Positions 10,112-20,521 are shown, numbered from the stretch's first letter. The stretch is 48,346 nt of DNA from an uncultured Chitinophaga sp. (GCA_964404825.1 CAYOLQ010000010.1:1-48346), one strand, 5' to 3'. The notes: generated by a model from the letters alone, not told the origin. Translations and numbers: made by a program.

Positions 10112-10549
10112 CTAATTCTCCTTTTCCCCCGGCTTCAGATTGAGACTCTTCAGATATTCAACTACTTTTTGATCGTAACCAAGAATGTGTTCGTGGAAAT
10201 AATCGTTCATAAAAGTAAGTAGCGTATCACAAACATCCGGTTTACCATTTGCAAAATCATCCTTCAGATTTATAATACCTGCCACAAATACATTGTGTTT
10301 TAGATGATGCTCCTTCATACCGGGGTAGTTCAGTCCCCTGAAATAAATTTCTTCCTGTATCAGAAAATGATCCGCATAATGAACCATAGAGAAAAAAATA
10401 CCGGAGATATTTTCTCTGCAGGAATTCGTTTTAATCAGGCCTTCAAGTTCTTTCAAAACCTTGAAAAAATACCGGTGCTGTTCATCAATGAATGGAACAC
10501 CCAGATTGAAATCAGCGATCCATTCGGGAGGTAAGTTTCTTTTTTCCAT
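10112..10549 (-). CDS. Bacteriohemerythrin-family protein
   Basis: 'W...FNLGVPFIDEQH', 'HF...EE', 'YP...EH...H', 'HI...D'. Confidence 0.88.
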   Translation of the reverse strand: MEKRNLPPEWIADFNLGVPFIDEQHRYFFKVLKELEGLIKTNSCRENISGIFFSMVHYADHFLIQEEIYFRGLNYPGMKEHHLKHNVFVAGIINLKDDFANGKPDVCDTLLTFMNDYFHEHILGYDQKVVEYLKSLNLKPGEKEN

Positions 10550-10570
10550 TATTTCTGATTAAACATGTCC

Positions 10571-10614
10571 CAAAAATAAGGCGTGATTTTATAAGGGGAT
10601 ATGATGAAAATCAT
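10571..10614 (-). promoter_or_regulatory. Hemerythrin promoter: -7 box (TATTTTTG, 10571-10578) with an upstream Crp/Fnr-type palindrome ATGAT-GAAA-ATCAT (10601-10614)
   Basis: Both motifs are visible in the 100-nt intergenic region. TGAT-N4-ATCA is the FNR-box core. Confidence 0.55.
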
Positions 10615-10649
10615 TGATCCGCATATAAATCTTAATAAAGTGAATGTAG

Positions 10650-13238
10650 TTAATGAATGATCAGAACTTTTTTGGAAAACTCATTTCCATCAATATGTAC
10701 TTTAATATAATAAATTCCTGATGGATTGCTACTTAAATCGTAGCTCAGACGGTTATAACTTGTGGAAATGGCAGGATTATCAGATATAACAAGTTTCCCG
10801 GCAGAGGAATAAATATTTACCCTGGCGCTTCCCTCTGAAGCCTTTGAGATTAGAACATCAAACTTACCAGTACCCGGATTTGGAAAAAGTTCTATCCCGT
10901 TTGATAAAAGTGAAATGCTGATATTTCCGGTATCCGCATCGAGAGTTTCGACCTGAAGCCAGTATTTTTTGCCAGGGATAACGTCAAGATCTGTGAGAAG
11001 TGCTGTATTGTCTGTAACAGACCTGTCATCGTTGGCTCCAATTATGTGGTAGGTTGTCGGCCTTCCGGAGGTTATCTGCTGTACCGAATCAGCATCATAT
11101 ACAGCAATGCGGTTATTTACTCCTTTTGTATCGATAGTGATAATGCCATCGGATGGCCCTGCAAAGCTGAACCATATGGAGTTTTGAATTTTTTCGTCAG
11201 TTGTTCCGGGGCACCAGTTGGTGTTGGAATAGCAATTTATGGGAGCAGGAAAAGCTTCTTTAACCTGTCCTGAAGCGCAATTATTCGAGAAGGGGCCATT
11301 ATTTCCCGGGTATATGAAAAAGGCATCTTCTATATTATCGTTCCCCGGAAGAACTATTCTGAGTTGAATACTGTCACTTGATTTACAACTTCCGATAGAA
11401 CCTTCCACCTTAAGAAATGCCTGAAAAGTGCCGTATTTCTTTTCAGATTCTTTGACTGTAAGCACAACAACATCTCCTGAGGCAGAGAGATCTACTTTTT
11501 CAGGTCTGCTGAAAGAAAAAGCATATGTGTTTGCACCTGAAGCTTTTATAGGATAATCAGCAAGATCGCATCCGCAAATCAGGTTATCCGGTGTGGGGTT
11601 TTCAAGGCTGACGGATATTTCACTTACAACCTCCACATAATCTTCTTTTACCAGTGTGTCGGATCCCCATTTATTGGTGGCAATCAGCTTAATACTGTAA
11701 AAACCTTCCCTTGTAAAACGAACATCAGGATTCCGGAATGTATTGTCGGTGCCGTTTACAAACTGGTAGTCTGAGGGGCTGATTTCCCATATCCATTCAG
11801 TTGGATCGTACTTACTGTTATCATAAAGGGTTATTGCATTATCCAGACAAACCTTAGGAAATGGGGTTGAGAAGTTTGACTCCGGAACAGCATTCAGGAA
11901 TTTGCCGTCAATTTTAAGAAGTCCGGTATTGTCAGGATCCAGCCAGTGTTTTAACTGATCTTCAATACCTGTCTTGTAACTCCAGGAAATATGAAATGCT
12001 CCGTAGAACGAATTAACATCATCGCCACCATGCAGTTGTCCTACAACACGGCGGTTCTCATCAAATAAGGGCGATCCCGACGATCCTCCCTCTGTAACTC
12101 CATTATTAAACCTGACAAGCCAATGTGTTCTGGGGGCACTTACGGTACCGCCAGTCCATTCAATGGCGCCGGTATAAAAAACAAAAGGATTGTTTTCAAT
12201 TGAAATGCATTTTGGTGTTCCCGAAGGATGGTGTATTCCCGCTCCACTCTGAGGTATTGCTCCGGTGGCATCCCAACCGGCCAGATAGGTTTTGTATTCC
12301 GATGGAGGAGTTGAATTCAGAAGTAAAAGCGAAAAATCGGAATGTGCATTATTTGATACGAGACTTGCTCCGGAGACGGATTGATCTTCGTTTGCATCAG
12401 AATCATAGCAGCCTGAGTTTTCAAAATTAAAATAGGTAACAAGTGTTGATGCGGAATATTTTGTACTGATACAATGACTGGCCGTAAGAAAATAGGGTGC
12501 GAGGTCGTTTCGGGTATTGTTCATGAATGACCCTGTGCAATAGTATGCGCCATCGGTATCTCTGAAGGTCATTCTGGCAATGGCATGCTTTTCGTCCTGC
12601 CAGTTGGCACCCTGCGGGCAATTAATACCAACCCGGGTGGCTAATAGCAGACTGAAAATGTCGCGGTATGCCAGTGAAACCGGACCAAGTATCAACTCAC
12701 CCTGAAAATCAGCATCCAGAGGTTCAAAATACTCAATGATTACCCTGTTTTCTTTAATATCGGCAATTGCAAGCAGATTATCAGCGTTATTGTTTAAACT
12801 TGTGAATGCGCCCAGAACCTTGCTGTGATCAGGAGTAAACAAAAATACACTTGCTCCCTCCGGCAGGTGGTAAGAGCTGAAAAGTACCCCGAGTGAAAAA
12901 GCTGTTTCAGTTTTGAGCTCATATTGCCAGATATGCCCTTTACCGGGTATTTCCGTACGTAAAGAACTATCCCTGATATTAATATTCAGTTCGCGGGTTA
13001 TACCATAGCGATTAGAAATACCTTTTTCAAAATCCTCCTTTATAAGCGCCTCAATATCAATTTTAGCAATAACTTTTTCAGGTAATGCAATACTCTTCTT
13101 CCGGCTGAGGTTAAAACTCTCCGGAATTCCGGGTAGAGAAACCTGAGCGTGAGCCATGATGCTGAAAGCGAAAAAAAATAAGAATGAAATATATGCGAAT
13201 AAATTATTCGTAAAATGCTTACTTCTTAAAATGTTCAT
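10650..13238 (-). CDS. Secreted trypsin-like serine protease (lysyl endopeptidase type) with PKD domain and T9SS type-A CTD
   Basis: Catalytic triad motifs 'LTASHC', 'SDFSLL' and 'TEGGSSGSPLF'. Also 'GIHHPSG', PKD 'F.....GFYSIKLIATNKWG', and C-terminal 'LFPNPGTGKF...SGIYYIKV.....SKKVLII'. Confidence 0.9.
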   Translation of the reverse strand: MNILRSKHFTNNLFAYISFLFFFAFSIMAHAQVSLPGIPESFNLSRKKSIALPEKVIAKIDIEALIKEDFEKGISNRYGITRELNINIRDSSLRTEIPGKGHIWQYELKTETAFSLGVLFSSYHLPEGASVFLFTPDHSKVLGAFTSLNNNADNLLAIADIKENRVIIEYFEPLDADFQGELILGPVSLAYRDIFSLLLATRVGINCPQGANWQDEKHAIARMTFRDTDGAYYCTGSFMNNTRNDLAPYFLTASHCISTKYSASTLVTYFNFENSGCYDSDANEDQSVSGASLVSNNAHSDFSLLLLNSTPPSEYKTYLAGWDATGAIPQSGAGIHHPSGTPKCISIENNPFVFYTGAIEWTGGTVSAPRTHWLVRFNNGVTEGGSSGSPLFDENRRVVGQLHGGDDVNSFYGAFHISWSYKTGIEDQLKHWLDPDNTGLLKIDGKFLNAVPESNFSTPFPKVCLDNAITLYDNSKYDPTEWIWEISPSDYQFVNGTDNTFRNPDVRFTREGFYSIKLIATNKWGSDTLVKEDYVEVVSEISVSLENPTPDNLICGCDLADYPIKASGANTYAFSFSRPEKVDLSASGDVVVLTVKESEKKYGTFQAFLKVEGSIGSCKSSDSIQLRIVLPGNDNIEDAFFIYPGNNGPFSNNCASGQVKEAFPAPINCYSNTNWCPGTTDEKIQNSIWFSFAGPSDGIITIDTKGVNNRIAVYDADSVQQITSGRPTTYHIIGANDDRSVTDNTALLTDLDVIPGKKYWLQVETLDADTGNISISLLSNGIELFPNPGTGKFDVLISKASEGSARVNIYSSAGKLVISDNPAISTSYNRLSYDLSSNPSGIYYIKVHIDGNEFSKKVLIIH

Positions 13239-13378
13239 CCTCTCCGTTATCTAATTCTTACAGACATTAAAGATGTGAAATTATTTGGTATTAATCTTAC
13301 AGAAACATGAAAGTAGGAGTTTTGGTTTGAATTACAATACTATTTAATTTTTTTTAACACCCTGCAATAAAACTATAT

Positions 13379-13386
13379 TAACTTTG
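13379..13386 (+). promoter_or_regulatory. -7 box (TAACTTTG) for the radical SAM gene
   Basis: Exact TAnnTTTG match about 100 nt upstream of the likely ATG. Confidence 0.5.
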
Positions 13387-13482
13387 AAGATCTTTCAGCG
13401 CTGAATTATCTGCGTATTGCAGATATGCATAAGATCGCATAGGAATTCTGTATTCTGCATCAGGAGGATTTATATTTATTTC

Positions 13483-14262
13483 ATGTCAACATTTCTATTC
13501 GATAAAATTATATTTGGTCCTGTAAAATCAAGAAGATTAGGCATATCTCTGGGGATTAATCTCTTGCCAGCTGACAGTAAACTCTGCAATTATGATTGCA
13601 TATATTGCGAATGTGGATGGACAGAAGCAAAACCGAACAGTAAAGCAAAGCTTCCTTCCCGGCCGGAGGTTAAGGAATCACTTGAGTTTAAGCTGAAAGA
13701 AATGGCCTCACGGAATGAATACCCTGATGTTATTACTTTTGCAGGAAATGGTGAGCCTACCATGCATCCTGATTTTGCAGGAATTGTTGATGATACAATT
13801 GAATTGCGCGATTCGCTTTGTCCTGCTGCAGGAATAGCAGTGTTATCCAATGCAACGCTTATCCATAAGCCCAGTGTTGCCTCAGCTTTATGCAAGGTGG
13901 ATCAGAATATTCTTAAACTGGACACTATAAATGAGAAAACTTTCAGATTGATTAACCGACCTGCCAGGGGAATAGAGCTTTTTCAGGTTATTGAAAATCT
14001 TCAGGCTTTTAAGGGAAAGATGATTATACAGACACTTTTTCTACGTGGCAGTTTCGGGGGAGAAAATTTTGACAATACAAGTTATGATGAAATTTCAGGA
14101 CTGATAGAAGCATATAAAAAAATTATGCCAGAAAAAATAATGATTTATACTTTTGAGCGGGATACGCCTGCAGCCGGACTTTTTAAGATATCATCCGACG
14201 GACTTTCAAAAATAAGAGAGCGCATTGAGGCAGAGGGTTTTCTTGTAGAGCTTAGCGCCTAA
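13483..14262 (+). CDS. Radical SAM protein (COG0731/TYW1-like Fe-S oxidoreductase)
   Basis: 'FGPVKSRRLGISLGINL', CxxxCxxC 'CNYDCIYC', 'TFAGNGEPTMHP'. ATG 13483 is preferred over the TTG at 13417. Confidence 0.88.
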   Translation: MSTFLFDKIIFGPVKSRRLGISLGINLLPADSKLCNYDCIYCECGWTEAKPNSKAKLPSRPEVKESLEFKLKEMASRNEYPDVITFAGNGEPTMHPDFAGIVDDTIELRDSLCPAAGIAVLSNATLIHKPSVASALCKVDQNILKLDTINEKTFRLINRPARGIELFQVIENLQAFKGKMIIQTLFLRGSFGGENFDNTSYDEISGLIEAYKKIMPEKIMIYTFERDTPAAGLFKISSDGLSKIRERIEAEGFLVELSA

Positions 14263-14885
14263 GTTCCAAAAAAGATCATACAAAGCCACATACAAAATCC
14301 CCCGGTAAAATACCCGGCATAGATTTGGGCCTGAGAGTGTGAATTTAGGTAAAGCCTTGATGTACCTGCTATTCCTGATGCCAGTACCGAGATGAGTACC
14401 CATGGAAACAGATTAATCTGACGGTTTACAGTAACGTACAGCAAAAATGCCGTTAAGCCGCCCAGACCAATCATATGAAGACTGATTTTCCACTTCAGGG
14501 TAATAATGAGGGCTATAAAAACCGAAAAAAGAGCACCCAGTAAAAAACTATGCATAAACCTGAACACGGGTACTTTCAGAAACAGAAAGTATGTAAGCAT
14601 GTAAAATATCAACGTAAGCGCAAGAGGTATCGTTCTCTCATTTTGTTTTTGCATTAATATATCATTCCGGAAAAACGCCAGTGGCAGCATAATAGCCGGG
14701 AGTAATAAGGTGCCTGAAGCGAAAAGCAAAACGATAAGTTTTCTGGCAGGAAGAGGAAGCATAGAAACATAGCCGGACGTGAAAAGCAGAATAGTTATTC
14801 CGGCAAGCGGCATTAAAAGAGGATGAAGAATAGCAGAGAAAAACAGGGCAATATTTTTAGGCATCAGACTGGGATATAGGGTCAA
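14259..14885 (-). CDS. PAP2-superfamily-like integral membrane protein
   Basis: Multiple TMs with 'S..LHPLLMP', 'ER..P', 'KISLHM.G' and 'SRLYL.SH...QIY.G'. Overlaps the rpoN stop codon. Confidence 0.7.
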   Translation of the reverse strand: MTLYPSLMPKNIALFFSAILHPLLMPLAGITILLFTSGYVSMLPLPARKLIVLLFASGTLLLPAIMLPLAFFRNDILMQKQNERTIPLALTLIFYMLTYFLFLKVPVFRFMHSFLLGALFSVFIALIITLKWKISLHMIGLGGLTAFLLYVTVNRQINLFPWVLISVLASGIAGTSRLYLNSHSQAQIYAGYFTGGFCMWLCMIFFGT

Positions 14886-16348
14886 AGTTCTTTTCTAAGC
14901 CGCGCAACCGGGATGTTGAGTTGTTCACGGTATTTGGCAACGGTACGCCTGGCAATAAGGTATCCTTTTTCCTTTAATATTTCAGCCAGCCGATCGTCGG
15001 TTACCGGTTTCCGTTTATCCTCAGCCTCAATACATTCCTCAAGAATCTTTTTAATCTCACGGGTGGACACCTCCTCACCTGAATCGGTTTGTAAACCTTC
15101 AGAAAAGAAATACTTCAGGGATAAAATTCCAAAATGAGTCTGTATGTATTTGCTGTTGGCAACACGCGAAACTGTAGATATATCAAGGCCGGTAACATCG
15201 GCGATATCCTTAAGGATCATTGGCCGGAGTTTTTTTTCATCTCCGTCGAGAAAATATTCCTTCTGGTAGTGAAGAATGGTATTCATTGTAAGCAGGAGAG
15301 TGTTTTGTCTCTGTTTTATAGCATCGATAAACCATTTGGCTGAGTCGAGTTTCTGTTTCACAAAATTCACTGCTTCTTTTTCGGTACGTGTGTTTTTATC
15401 TTTTTTTGCACTGAAGTTTTCAAGCATTTCATAATACGATCTGCTTACCCGCAGGTCAGGAACATTTCTGCTATTCAGGGTCAGCTCAAGTTCTCCATCG
15501 TTAATTTCGAGAATAAAATCAGGAACAATATGTTCCATTGTTTTATTCATTGGATCACTGTAAGTACTACCGGGCCTTGGATTCAGATGAATGATTTCAT
15601 CAATTGCATCTTTAAGATCGTCTTCGGTAATGTCCAGACGGCTTAAAATCTTATCGTAGTGACGGCGGGTGAACTCATCAAAATGAAACTTAAGTATTTC
15701 ATGTGCATTGAGTACGGCGGGATCATTCAGATTTTTTCTCCGGATTTGTATTAGCAGACATTCCTGTAAGTCACGGGCACCCACGCCGGGCGGATCGAAA
15801 TCCTGAATTATCTCAAGAATACCTCTCAGCTCAACCTCATCTGTTTTAATCCCCATCCCAAAAGCCAAATCATCAACAATTGCATCGAGTTTACGTCTGA
15901 TATAACCTTCGTCATCGATGTTTCCCATAAGATAATCGGCTAACATTCTTTGACGGTCGTTAAGCAATCTGAGGCCCAACTGAGATTCCAGAAACTCGTG
16001 GAAACTATTTCCTACCGAAAAGGGTATATCTTCGAACTTATCGTCCTTTGAAGAATTGCTGGCATTAAGTCTGTAATCGGGTATGTCGTCGTCACCGATA
16101 TAGTCTTCAAGCGAAAATTCATCCTGTTCCTTCTGAATCTCGGTTTCATCGCCATCTTCAAAATCGTCTTCAACCTGAGGCTGATCCTGCTCGTCCTCAA
16201 CCCCTTCTTCCAGTGCAGGATTTTCCTCCATTTCCTTTTTGATCCTCTGCTCCAGCTGCATAGTAGGTATCTCCAGCAGCTTGATCATCTGGATCTGCTG
16301 AGGGGATAGTTTTTGAAGCAGTTTTTGCTGGAGTCTCTGGTTGAGCAT
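14882..16348 (-). CDS. rpoN: RNA polymerase sigma-54 factor
   Basis: Gln-rich region I 'QKLSPQQIQMIKLLE', 'DPPGVGARDLQECL', HTH 'LKDIADVTGLDISTVSRV', RpoN box 'ARRTVAKYRE'. Confidence 0.97.
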   Translation of the reverse strand: MLNQRLQQKLLQKLSPQQIQMIKLLEIPTMQLEQRIKKEMEENPALEEGVEDEQDQPQVEDDFEDGDETEIQKEQDEFSLEDYIGDDDIPDYRLNASNSSKDDKFEDIPFSVGNSFHEFLESQLGLRLLNDRQRMLADYLMGNIDDEGYIRRKLDAIVDDLAFGMGIKTDEVELRGILEIIQDFDPPGVGARDLQECLLIQIRRKNLNDPAVLNAHEILKFHFDEFTRRHYDKILSRLDITEDDLKDAIDEIIHLNPRPGSTYSDPMNKTMEHIVPDFILEINDGELELTLNSRNVPDLRVSRSYYEMLENFSAKKDKNTRTEKEAVNFVKQKLDSAKWFIDAIKQRQNTLLLTMNTILHYQKEYFLDGDEKKLRPMILKDIADVTGLDISTVSRVANSKYIQTHFGILSLKYFFSEGLQTDSGEEVSTREIKKILEECIEAEDKRKPVTDDRLAEILKEKGYLIARRTVAKYREQLNIPVARLRKEL

Positions 16349-16421
16349 GGTGATTATTTGCTTTTCTTAATTTGTTAAGAGTTTTAAAAACCGATTTTAA
16401 TCAATACAATTACCAGTCCCT

Positions 16422-17810
16422 TTAAAATTCAGCATTTCTGGGGGTCCGGGGAAATGGAATCACATCCCTTATATTCGCCATCCCGGTCACAAATAGTAGT
16501 AATCTTTCGAAACCCAGTCCGAAACCGCTATGCGTTACGGTGCCAAATCTCCGCGTATCGAGATACCACCATAATTCTTTTTCCGGCATTCCCATTTCAC
16601 GGATTCTGGCAAGCAATTTATCATAATTTTCTTCACGTTGTGAACCTCCTATAATTTCACCGATCCGTGGGAAAAGCACATCCATTGCCCTTACGGTACG
16701 ATTATCATCGTTTTGCTTCATATAAAATGCTTTTATTTCACGGGGATAGTCGGTAAGTATTACAGGACACATAAAGTGTTTCTCTACAAGATAGCGCTCG
16801 TGTTCGGCCTGCAGATCGAGACCCCAGTTTACCGGAAACTCGAATTTTTGTCCCGAATTTTTCAGGATATCAATGGCTCCCTCATAACTCATGCGTATGA
16901 AATTGTTATTTACCACAAATTTCAGCCTGTCGAGAAGTTCTTTGTCAACCATTGAATTCAGAAATTCCAAATCATCCGCACAATGCTCCAGAGCATAATT
17001 AATAAGGTATTTCAGAAAGTCCTCCGCGAGGTTCATATTATCTAAGATGTCGTTGAATGCAACTTCCGGTTCAATCATCCAGAATTCGGCCAGATGCCTG
17101 GGGGTATTTGAATTCTCAGCTCTGAAAGTGGGGCCGAAGGTATATACGCCGCCAAGAGCCAGCGCTGCAAGCTCGCCTTCAAGCTGTCCCGAAACGGTGA
17201 GGTTTGTGGCTTTGCCAAAAAAATCCTTACTGTAATCTACTTTTTTATCTTCAGTGAGAGGGAGATTATCCGGATCAAGAGTACTAACCCGGAACATTTC
17301 ACCGGCACCTTCGGCATCGGATGCGGTAATAATAGGTGAATGCAGATAATAGTAACCCAGATCGTTGAAGTATTTGTGAATTGCAAATGCCATAGCATGA
17401 CGAATACGGAATATAGCACCAAAAGTATTGGTTCTGACCCTCAGGTGCGCTATTTCACGCAAAAACTCAAAGGAATGACCTTTCTTCTGGAGGGGATATA
17501 CTTCAGGATCGGCCTCACCATATATTTCTACTTTTTGTGCAAGAACTTCCACTCTCTGTCCCTGACCTTTTGATTCCACCAGTTTTCCATATACACCAAT
17601 GCATGCACCGGTATTAATTTTCCTTAACAGCTCCGCATCGAAAGTTGGAACGTCAATTACAATCTGGATATTATGTATGATGGATCCATCGTTTATAGCA
17701 ACAAAGGCTACCGAATTATTTCCTCTTTTTGTCCTTACCCATCCTTTAACCAAAATGTCGGTATCAAATTGTGCCGATTTAAGCAGATCTTTAATTACAC
17801 TTCTGTTCAT
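16422..17810 (-). CDS. asnS: Asparagine--tRNA ligase
   Basis: 'VKGWVRTKR', '[10 protein letters not shown]', '[25 protein letters not shown]', 'GFGLGFER', '[10 protein letters not shown]'. ATG 17810 is preferred because the TTG at 17852 lies within a -7 box. Confidence 0.97.
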   Translation of the reverse strand: MNRSVIKDLLKSAQFDTDILVKGWVRTKRGNNSVAFVAINDGSIIHNIQIVIDVPTFDAELLRKINTGACIGVYGKLVESKGQGQRVEVLAQKVEIYGEADPEVYPLQKKGHSFEFLREIAHLRVRTNTFGAIFRIRHAMAFAIHKYFNDLGYYYLHSPIITASDAEGAGEMFRVSTLDPDNLPLTEDKKVDYSKDFFGKATNLTVSGQLEGELAALALGGVYTFGPTFRAENSNTPRHLAEFWMIEPEVAFNDILDNMNLAEDFLKYLINYALEHCADDLEFLNSMVDKELLDRLKFVVNNNFIRMSYEGAIDILKNSGQKFEFPVNWGLDLQAEHERYLVEKHFMCPVILTDYPREIKAFYMKQNDDNRTVRAMDVLFPRIGEIIGGSQREENYDKLLARIREMGMPEKELWWYLDTRRFGTVTHSGFGLGFERLLLFVTGMANIRDVIPFPRTPRNAEF

Positions 17811-17849
17811 TATTTGAGTCTTATTTTTAATTCCTTGTTTAATATACAG

Positions 17850-17857
17850 CAAAAATA
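17850..17857 (-). promoter_or_regulatory. -7 box (TATTTTTG) for asnS(-rpoN)
   Basis: Reverse complement of CAAAAATA, about 40 nt upstream of ATG 17810. Confidence 0.55.
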
Positions 17858-18023
17858 CAATTTAGATTTGAAAATTTGCGTTTATAGTAATTAAAGACAC
17901 CGCCGTAAGACAGAATCCCCTGAGTAAAAATTATTTTATTCAAATCGACAGGATTAAAAAAGCTTTTCCATTGTCAGACATTTTTTCTTTTAAAAGAATC
18001 TTTTAATACTTGCATAAAAAATT

Positions 18024-18031
18024 TAACTTTG
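18024..18031 (+). promoter_or_regulatory. -7 box (TAACTTTG) for the universal stress protein
   Basis: Exact TAnnTTTG match just upstream of the start codon. Confidence 0.55.
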
Positions 18032-18042
18032 TTATATATTAA

Positions 18043-18903
18043 ATGTATGATATTATGAATCAGGGGAAAAATGCTTTACTTGTTACCTGGGACTTTACGC
18101 CGATGTCAGAAAACGCTCTGCTGCACGCAATAAAACTTTCCCGTTCTGTAGAAAATCAAATACGTCTGGTGCACGTTATTAAGCCCGATGACAAACAGCT
18201 TCGTGCTGAAGCTGAAGATAAGATGAGAAAGGAAGTTTCACGAATTCAGTCGGAGTTAAACGTATTGTGCGGGTGGGTGGTGCTGGAAGGAAATTTATTT
18301 TCAGCAATTACGGAGTATCTCCGTAGTGGAGATGCCATAATGGTAATAATGGGAACCCACGGAATTAAGGGGTTGCAGAAGTATTTTGGCAGCCATGCTC
18401 TTAAGGTTATCGTGGGATCTGCAGTTCCTTATATAGTGGTTCATGACAAGCCCTCAAATATGGACCGGTACAGTAACATCGTTTTTCCGATTGATTTTAA
18501 ATCGGAGAACAAAGAGAAACTGCAATGGGCAATTTACCTCGGGAAATACTTCAACTCAAAGGTACATCTCTTTAAAGCCCCCGTTACCGACTCTTCCCTT
18601 GTGAAGAAAGTCAATGTTAACCTTAACTTTGCTATTCGTTTTCTTATTCAAAATAACCTTGATTACGAAATCCATACCGCAAAGAAGTCCGGTAATTTCG
18701 GGAAAGAGATTATATCTTTTGCAAAGGAAATTCAGGCAGATCTTATCCTTATAACCACTACCAAACATATTTCATTTCTGGATTATCTGTTCGGAGCTTC
18801 AGAACAATATATTATCGATAATCCTTCCGGAACGCCTGTAATGTGTGTAAATCCAAAAGCAACTTTTTCTCAGATGGGACAGTTTATGTATGGAAATACC
18901 TGA
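18043..18903 (+). CDS. Tandem-domain universal stress protein (USP)
   Basis: 'LLVTWDFTPMSENAL..A', 'LVHV', 'MVIMGTHG..G....FGS.A.KV', and a second domain 'NIVFPIDF' ... 'ADLILI' ... 'PVMCVNP'. Confidence 0.9.
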   Translation: MYDIMNQGKNALLVTWDFTPMSENALLHAIKLSRSVENQIRLVHVIKPDDKQLRAEAEDKMRKEVSRIQSELNVLCGWVVLEGNLFSAITEYLRSGDAIMVIMGTHGIKGLQKYFGSHALKVIVGSAVPYIVVHDKPSNMDRYSNIVFPIDFKSENKEKLQWAIYLGKYFNSKVHLFKAPVTDSSLVKKVNVNLNFAIRFLIQNNLDYEIHTAKKSGNFGKEIISFAKEIQADLILITTTKHISFLDYLFGASEQYIIDNPSGTPVMCVNPKATFSQMGQFMYGNT

Positions 18904-18931
18904 AATGGTTTCAAACAGATCATTTTGCTGA

Positions 18932-20419
18932 TTAATCTGAACTTCCGGATACTTTTATATCATGGTATTTTGCGGTCTTGTTAAATTTCTTTGTTCTGAT
19001 TTTTTTATCGAAATAGCTTCCGATAATTATAGCTGCCGTTGCAAGTAAAAACCCCGGGAAAATTTCATAATATTTATCAGACAGATATGGAATGCTTTTA
19101 CAGACAATAACTGAAATTGTTCCGGTTAATATACCTGCATTTATACCTCCACCTGTAGTGTTTTTCCAAATAAAACTTAACAGAATAGCCGGACCAAACG
19201 CAGCTCCCAGTCCTGCCCAGGCAAAAAGCATTAATTCCTTAAAATCTGTTTTAATCAGAACACCTGCCAGGATTGCAAAGTATGTTATTAACACAATACT
19301 TATTCTGCTATAGAATAACAGTTTATTCTGTGTAATTGTAATGTTTTTTTTAAAGAAATAATGTGAAAATGTCTGGGTTATGGTTGATGCTGACTGCAGT
19401 ATTTGTGAACCGGCCGTAGAAACTACCGCAGCAAATATTGTTATCAGAACAAGTCCGGGTAAAAAAGACATCCCCAATTGGCCGGCAAGACCAAAATACA
19501 CATTTTGCGACTCAGCTCCCGGTATCGATTCAACAGTTGGGAAAAGGGATCTGGCAAATATTCCCGTGCAGATTGCCCCTGCAGCAAGAAACAGGTTGGT
19601 TAAGCCACTTACAACAGCCATTAACGGAAAATACCTGTTATCAGCGATTGCCATGTACTTTCCGTGAATATGAATATTACCGGGTGAACCCAGTCCGATT
19701 GACAGAAACCCAAGTACTGTCCCCGTAGTTATGGCCTGAAGACTTAGAAACTGTGGTCCGGCAAAAAGAATTTCTGCTTGTAAATTATTAAACCCTTCCT
19801 TTCGAATCAGTATATAAATTGGCATTCCGATTAATACAATCAGTAAGATCAGCGAGGTAAGTAAGTCGGAATAGCTAAGCGTTTTAAATCCCCCGAAAAA
19901 AATAAAGAGAAGAATAACAACTCCCGTTATAATCACTCCATTTGCATGAGACAAGCCGAGAAGTGCATAAAACGCTCTGCTCCCGCCCATCAGCTGAGAA
20001 GATATAAAGCACAACAGGAAAAAAATTGTCGCAGCAGAAGCTATAATCCGCAGAGAGTTTTGATTATCCCTAAATCGGGAAAGGAACAAATCAACCAGAT
20101 TTACATCCTCCTTATTTTCTGCAAGCATCCTGATTCTGGGAGCCAGAAACAGGAACATTAAGAACTCGGATAGTACGAATCCGGCTACCATCCATATTGC
20201 CGAAAGTCCTGATACGTATGACTGGGCTGTAAGTCCAAGCAGCAACCACGAACCTCTGGCAGATACCACAGTAGAAATGGAAACAATAAAACGGTTAATT
20301 CTTTTACCACCCAGAAAAAATCCGGTCATTCCGCTTTGTGCGTTGCGGGAGGTAAAAAAAGCCAGACAAAAAAGCAGAAACAGATAGATAAAAAAAGGAA
20401 TAAGGATTTGAACTTTCAT
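18932..20419 (-). CDS. Sodium:solute symporter (PutP/proline symporter-like)
   Basis: About 13 TMs, with 'FFLGGK', 'W.LLGL', 'GGF...SYSD..', 'G.PG..HI..KYMA', 'AAVVSTAGSQIL' and 'FAWAGLGAAFGP'. ATG 20419 is preferred over the TTG at 20455. Confidence 0.85.
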   Translation of the reverse strand: MKVQILIPFFIYLFLLFCLAFFTSRNAQSGMTGFFLGGKRINRFIVSISTVVSARGSWLLLGLTAQSYVSGLSAIWMVAGFVLSEFLMFLFLAPRIRMLAENKEDVNLVDLFLSRFRDNQNSLRIIASAATIFFLLCFISSQLMGGSRAFYALLGLSHANGVIITGVVILLFIFFGGFKTLSYSDLLTSLILLIVLIGMPIYILIRKEGFNNLQAEILFAGPQFLSLQAITTGTVLGFLSIGLGSPGNIHIHGKYMAIADNRYFPLMAVVSGLTNLFLAAGAICTGIFARSLFPTVESIPGAESQNVYFGLAGQLGMSFLPGLVLITIFAAVVSTAGSQILQSASTITQTFSHYFFKKNITITQNKLLFYSRISIVLITYFAILAGVLIKTDFKELMLFAWAGLGAAFGPAILLSFIWKNTTGGGINAGILTGTISVIVCKSIPYLSDKYYEIFPGFLLATAAIIIGSYFDKKIRTKKFNKTAKYHDIKVSGSSD

Positions 20420-20513
20420 GGAAAGTGGCTTAAACTTAGAAGGTAAAATTATCAAAAAAATTGTCTTTCAAGATATTCCATAAAATTATTTAGATGAGCA
20501 GGAGATACAGTAA

Positions 20514-20521
20514 TAACTTTG
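20514..20521 (+). promoter_or_regulatory. -7 box (TAACTTTG) directly preceding the ncRNA candidate
   Basis: Exact TAnnTTTG match immediately 5' of the structured GC-rich segment. Confidence 0.6.

Noticed and set aside
14882-16348. Sigma-54 (-24/-12, TGGCAC-N5-TTGC) promoters near rpoN or psr
   Set aside because: I saw no convincing match in the intergenic regions by eye.
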